Positions 22,787-26,183 of a stretch of DNA of 26,183 nucleotides are shown here, one piece after another; positions within the stretch are counted from its first letter, which is position 1, and every line of letters begins with the position of its first letter. Location: the NCBI GenBank assembly GCA_030141605.1, contig JAQGDQ010000591.1, forward strand, positions 1-26,183. The letters run 5' to 3'. This stretch comes from Tubiluchus corallicola. Lineage: Eukaryota > Animalia > Priapulida. The translations under genes were made by a program, and so were the position numbers. Below the pieces are notes generated by a model, which was given only the letters and a program-made list of their open reading frames with translations, was not told the origin of the DNA and did not search any database.

Positions 22787-23020
22787 AGGAAGAGGAGACT
22801 CTTCAGGTAGTATTAGTGCATGCCCAATCCAATGCAATCTTCTTACTTGAATTTGTTTACTCCAAGGATTATTCTTGACCACATCATACAGATCATCGTT
22901 GGATGTTCTGTCAGGCCATTTCTTTAGAGACGTCTTTGAAAAGCGTCAGTTTCCTCCTGCTGTTTAACTTTTATTGTCCATAGTTCAGCATTGTGCAAAA
23001 ACACAGGTTCTACTAAAATT
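22063..23020 (-). mobile_element. Degenerate RTE-clade LINE 3' portion with (TGA)n tail and an internal 4x amplified segment
   Basis: Minus strand reads VEPVFLHNAELWT..DAFQRRL*..WPDRTSNDDLY..WSKQIQVRRLHWIGH..LP.ESPLPIAL..AMHREWWR, matching RTE ORF C-terminal motifs; tail at ~22063-22086. Confidence 0.8.
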
Positions 23021-24369
23021 CTACTACATTACATGCATTTTGAATCACGCGTTGATAAAGATATCATTATTTTACATTATTTTAGAAAGAAAATCTCAAT
23101 GCGAATGGCCAATGGGCCACCAATATAACATCTTGTGACTAACATTAACATGCGCAACAAACTGCGCAGTTTGTGAAAATCAATTAAGCGAGTGCTTTGA
23201 GTTTCAGCCCTACACTGACACCACTTGTGCAAATACTTAACAAATTGTCCGCAACGCGGCGCTGCGCTGGCTAGCTCTACCGAGTCGCGCGACTACTTTC
23301 GCTTATAAATCAACTCGCTTCTTAGCGATGAACTTAATCTTTATCTGGTGTCCGAGTTCGAAGAAGCGTTAGCCGCATCGTCGAAATCAACCGCGCAAGG
23401 CGTGAAATGTAGCTTAAACTCGAGAGGTCATTCTGTTTAAACCAAAACCGGAGAAGTGAAAAAAGCAGCAGTTTATTTATCGCGTGTCTCACTTGTAGTT
23501 TTAAACATCATTGGCTACTTTTGCAAAACGAATTTGACAGAAAAATAGGAAAACAATTCACACGCTTAAATTCAATCACGCCGTGTTATTATTCCCCGCG
23601 GTTTGCTTAAAAAATCAGTGCAGGTTTTTCCGTATTTCTGATTTGAAAAGTGTCGTTTGATTCAGGTAAATTAAAACTTTTGGCGCACCTGGGAAATTTG
23701 ATTACACGAGAGTGAAATCCAATGCTGATGATGTTTAAATTCTACAGGTATTATTGACTGACTGTGTAAAGTTGCCATAAAAACAGTTGCGTTCTTCGTG
23801 TTGTTGTGGGTGTAACGTTTTTAGTGGAAAAAGTAAACAATTGTTTTCTTAAACAGGTGCTCAAGACTTCTTACAGCGTCAGGTGTTAATTAAGCATGTG
23901 AAAGTTTGCGGATTCCGATACCATTCAGAAAAATCCGTTTTCTTTTTGCAATCATGATCAGCTGAAGGATTTTCTAGGTTGTTTCCAAATGTGACTTCAC
24001 CTGGTTATCACACCTGTAATTCATACCTGTAATTAAACTGTCCATAATGGCCGTGGGCTTGGAGCTGTTGGTGCTGTTGATTGCATTTACCTGGGCTGGA
24101 GCTAGTTATTCACCTTATACCTGCTCACGTAAGTAGACACCTGTATAATTAGACGATAATTATTGGTTTCAAAATTTGGGTTGGCAATGTTGAAGATATG
24201 TAGGTGACAATTAGCTCTGTTTGTATTCTGAAAGGTGTTTTGAAATGATGACAAATAATGCTTTGAACGTTTAAAACTTTGCAATTGAAAAACTTGAATG
24301 TAATTTGATTTGAACACCACTATTTTTGTCATTAGAGACGTCACTGTACTTCTTTAATTAACACTTATG

Positions 24370-24545
24370 ATACCTTGGCTATTTCGTTTTGGTTTGCTAG
24401 GCGTTTTTGCAAAAGGTTTTAAGCTTCTTCTAAGGCAATTCTTACTGGTGTTTCTTCAGTAATCTGATGACGTGTCTCAAGCATTTTAATGAACTCCAAA
24501 TAGTTTCTTCGTTCTAGTCTATAAATCTTTATTTGCAATAGAAAT
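24370..24545 (-). mobile_element. Highly degenerate RTE-like fragment
   Basis: With frameshifts reads NKDL*TRTK..LKCLRHVIRL/EETPVRIALEEA, paralleling the WIGH..RLP.ESP..IAL stretch of the 22-kb element. Confidence 0.5.
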
Positions 24546-24600
24546 TATGAAACATTAAAGTATATGTTTTCATAATTTCTATTGCAAACGAAGTCTTAAA

Positions 24601-24797
24601 ATAGAAACCACGACAAAATTGAGGTTTTTAAAAACAAAACTTTTCAAAGAGAGATGTGTGTCGAAAAACTGCAGGTTAGACGAAATGAAAGATATTATGG
24701 CAATTAGACTCTTAATATGATAGATGTTGAAGCAAATTTGTATAGATGTTCTTTATATCAGGAAGCAGAGGATACTACAGAGCATCTTTTTGAATAA
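24601..24797 (+). mobile_element. Degenerate LINE ORF2 C-terminal fragment ending at the MITE
   Basis: TKLRFL..IMAIRL/NMIDVEAN..CSLYQEAEDTTEHLFE*, a decayed C-x2-C..H knuckle region with a frameshift. Confidence 0.5.
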
Positions 24798-24800
24798 TTA

Positions 24801-25244
24801 CCGTATTTTCCCGTGTATAAGAGACCCTTGTGTATAAGAGACCCCTTCAATTTTTAGGCAAAAATTCTGGAAAAAAGTTTTTTCAGACGGACATTTTTAG
24901 AGGGTAAAGTACAACTTTTTTCAACTCAGTGCGGTACTGAAAACAAAATAAAACCAGTTAATGTGTTGTAGAAAAAGAGTACTGGTATATATTAAAGTGC
25001 GTACCTGCAAACCTGTAACAGGAAAGGAGATAATGTCTGTGTCACGATGCTTGTATTGCTTACAACCGCTTCATAGTCGAACGCGACACGCAAAACAGTT
25101 GTAGAGCACTTATTTCTTTAAAATCATTAGTGTCACAATTTATGCATCTTATTGAAAAGACTTACTCCCATGTATAAGAGACCCCCTATTTTTAAAGTGA
25201 AAATTCTGAGCAAAAAAGGGTCTCTTATACACGGGAAAATACGG
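24801..25244. mobile_element. 444-bp MITE, pogo/Tc2-like (Tc1/mariner superfamily)
   Basis: Perfect 29-bp TIRs CCGTATTTTCCCGTGTATAAGAGACCCTT; TA duplication at 24799-24800 and 25245-25246; extra internal tgtataagagaccc motifs at 24831 and 25171; no transposase ORF. Confidence 0.95.
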
Positions 25245-25493
25245 TAGATAAATTATTACTGACTAGGATGTATGTTAACGAGCTGTTGAAACTAAAAATA
25301 TAACTAAAGACGAGTGAACGGTAAAGGCAAGTTGACGAAAAAGATATTTGGCGTGATTTGTAAAAAAAGTTGATCGTGTTGTTGATGATGTTGGTGTTGT
25401 TGATCTCGCAAACAGACACTTTTTATTGATGTCTGTTTGCTCGCTACTGGAGGTGAAGAGGATCGAGGGTATCCACGGTAATAGGCGTAAATG

Positions 25494-25625
25494 TTAAACG
25501 AAGACCGGACGATTGTTTAGACTCACTTTATTTAACTGTCTAAAATATACGTTTTCTTGCCTCTAAAAGTTAGCAGTTGTTTCTTATATTTGAATAATTA
25601 GTTTAGAAAGTTAATTAACGGCAAC
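25494..25625 (+). mobile_element. Dispersed repeat terminus (copy 2), homologous to 11052-11189
   Basis: Shared aagacyggacgattgtttagactca...gaataattagyttagaaagttaattaaygg. Confidence 0.6.
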
Positions 25626-26183
25626 CGAACGCAGCTATTGCTTACGTCAGAAACTAACCACACTTTGTGCAATGGCAGGCATCTTCCCTTGCGCATCAAG
25701 CACATTTGCATAAGTGTTACAGTACTGCTTAAATGCATGATGTCACGAAAACTGGGCTCTACATTATATGACGTCAGAAACTAACAATGCAGCCAATGAT
25801 CATGCTTATCACGGTACCGCCTTCTATTTGTCGGCCACGCGAATGTGACAAAAAGGCGCCGTTGCCAATCTTAGTAGATTCACTGAGCCGCGCGTAGCTT
25901 AAAATCTATGGACAAACTAATAGTAAAAGATGATTTAGGAAACAACGTTTACTCACTTTACAGTGATAACGGCAACGGCAAATGATCGCCAGCAACTTGT
26001 CATCGGACAGGGTCGCCATGCCAACAGAAAGAGTGGTCACTTTTACTATTATCGAGCCTTTATTCTCGTGAACTAACATCACGTTTTCTACAAACCTGAA
26101 TATTGAACAACCATCGTGCAGAACCGGACCTTATTTAGGCCCATATAGAAAAATAAACTCACACACATTTGTCGTATTAGCTG

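Noticed and set aside
22289-22882. Poly-Met/poly-Ile ORFs
   Set aside because: (ATC)n tracts joined to RTE fragments.

Overview
Eukaryotic (metazoan, probably invertebrate; inference) AT-rich genomic DNA, not prokaryotic. Two protein-coding genes lie on the minus strand. (1) The 5' part of a spliced SEC14/CRAL-TRIO gene of the SESTD1/Trio type: five phase-consistent GT-AG coding exons at 10490-10436, 9039-8919, 4995-4905, 2250-2143 and 1069-956 give 163 aa, and the gene continues beyond base 1. (2) An intronless 565-aa DEG/ENaC/ASIC-family channel (18998-17301) with a divergent ectodomain; its start region is triplicated upstream as two 215-bp copies with dead start codons. The rest is repeat-rich: four large minisatellites (about 51, 29, 43 and 19 bp units), a CR1-like LINE with a 13-bp TSD, an L2 3' end, RTE-like relics (one with an internal segment amplified in tandem with the element's own tail microsatellite), a TA-flanked pogo/Tc2-like MITE, a foldback-type element and several microsatellites. 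No CRISPR, rRNA or tRNA was seen. Family assignments rest on motifs recognised by eye, not database searches.
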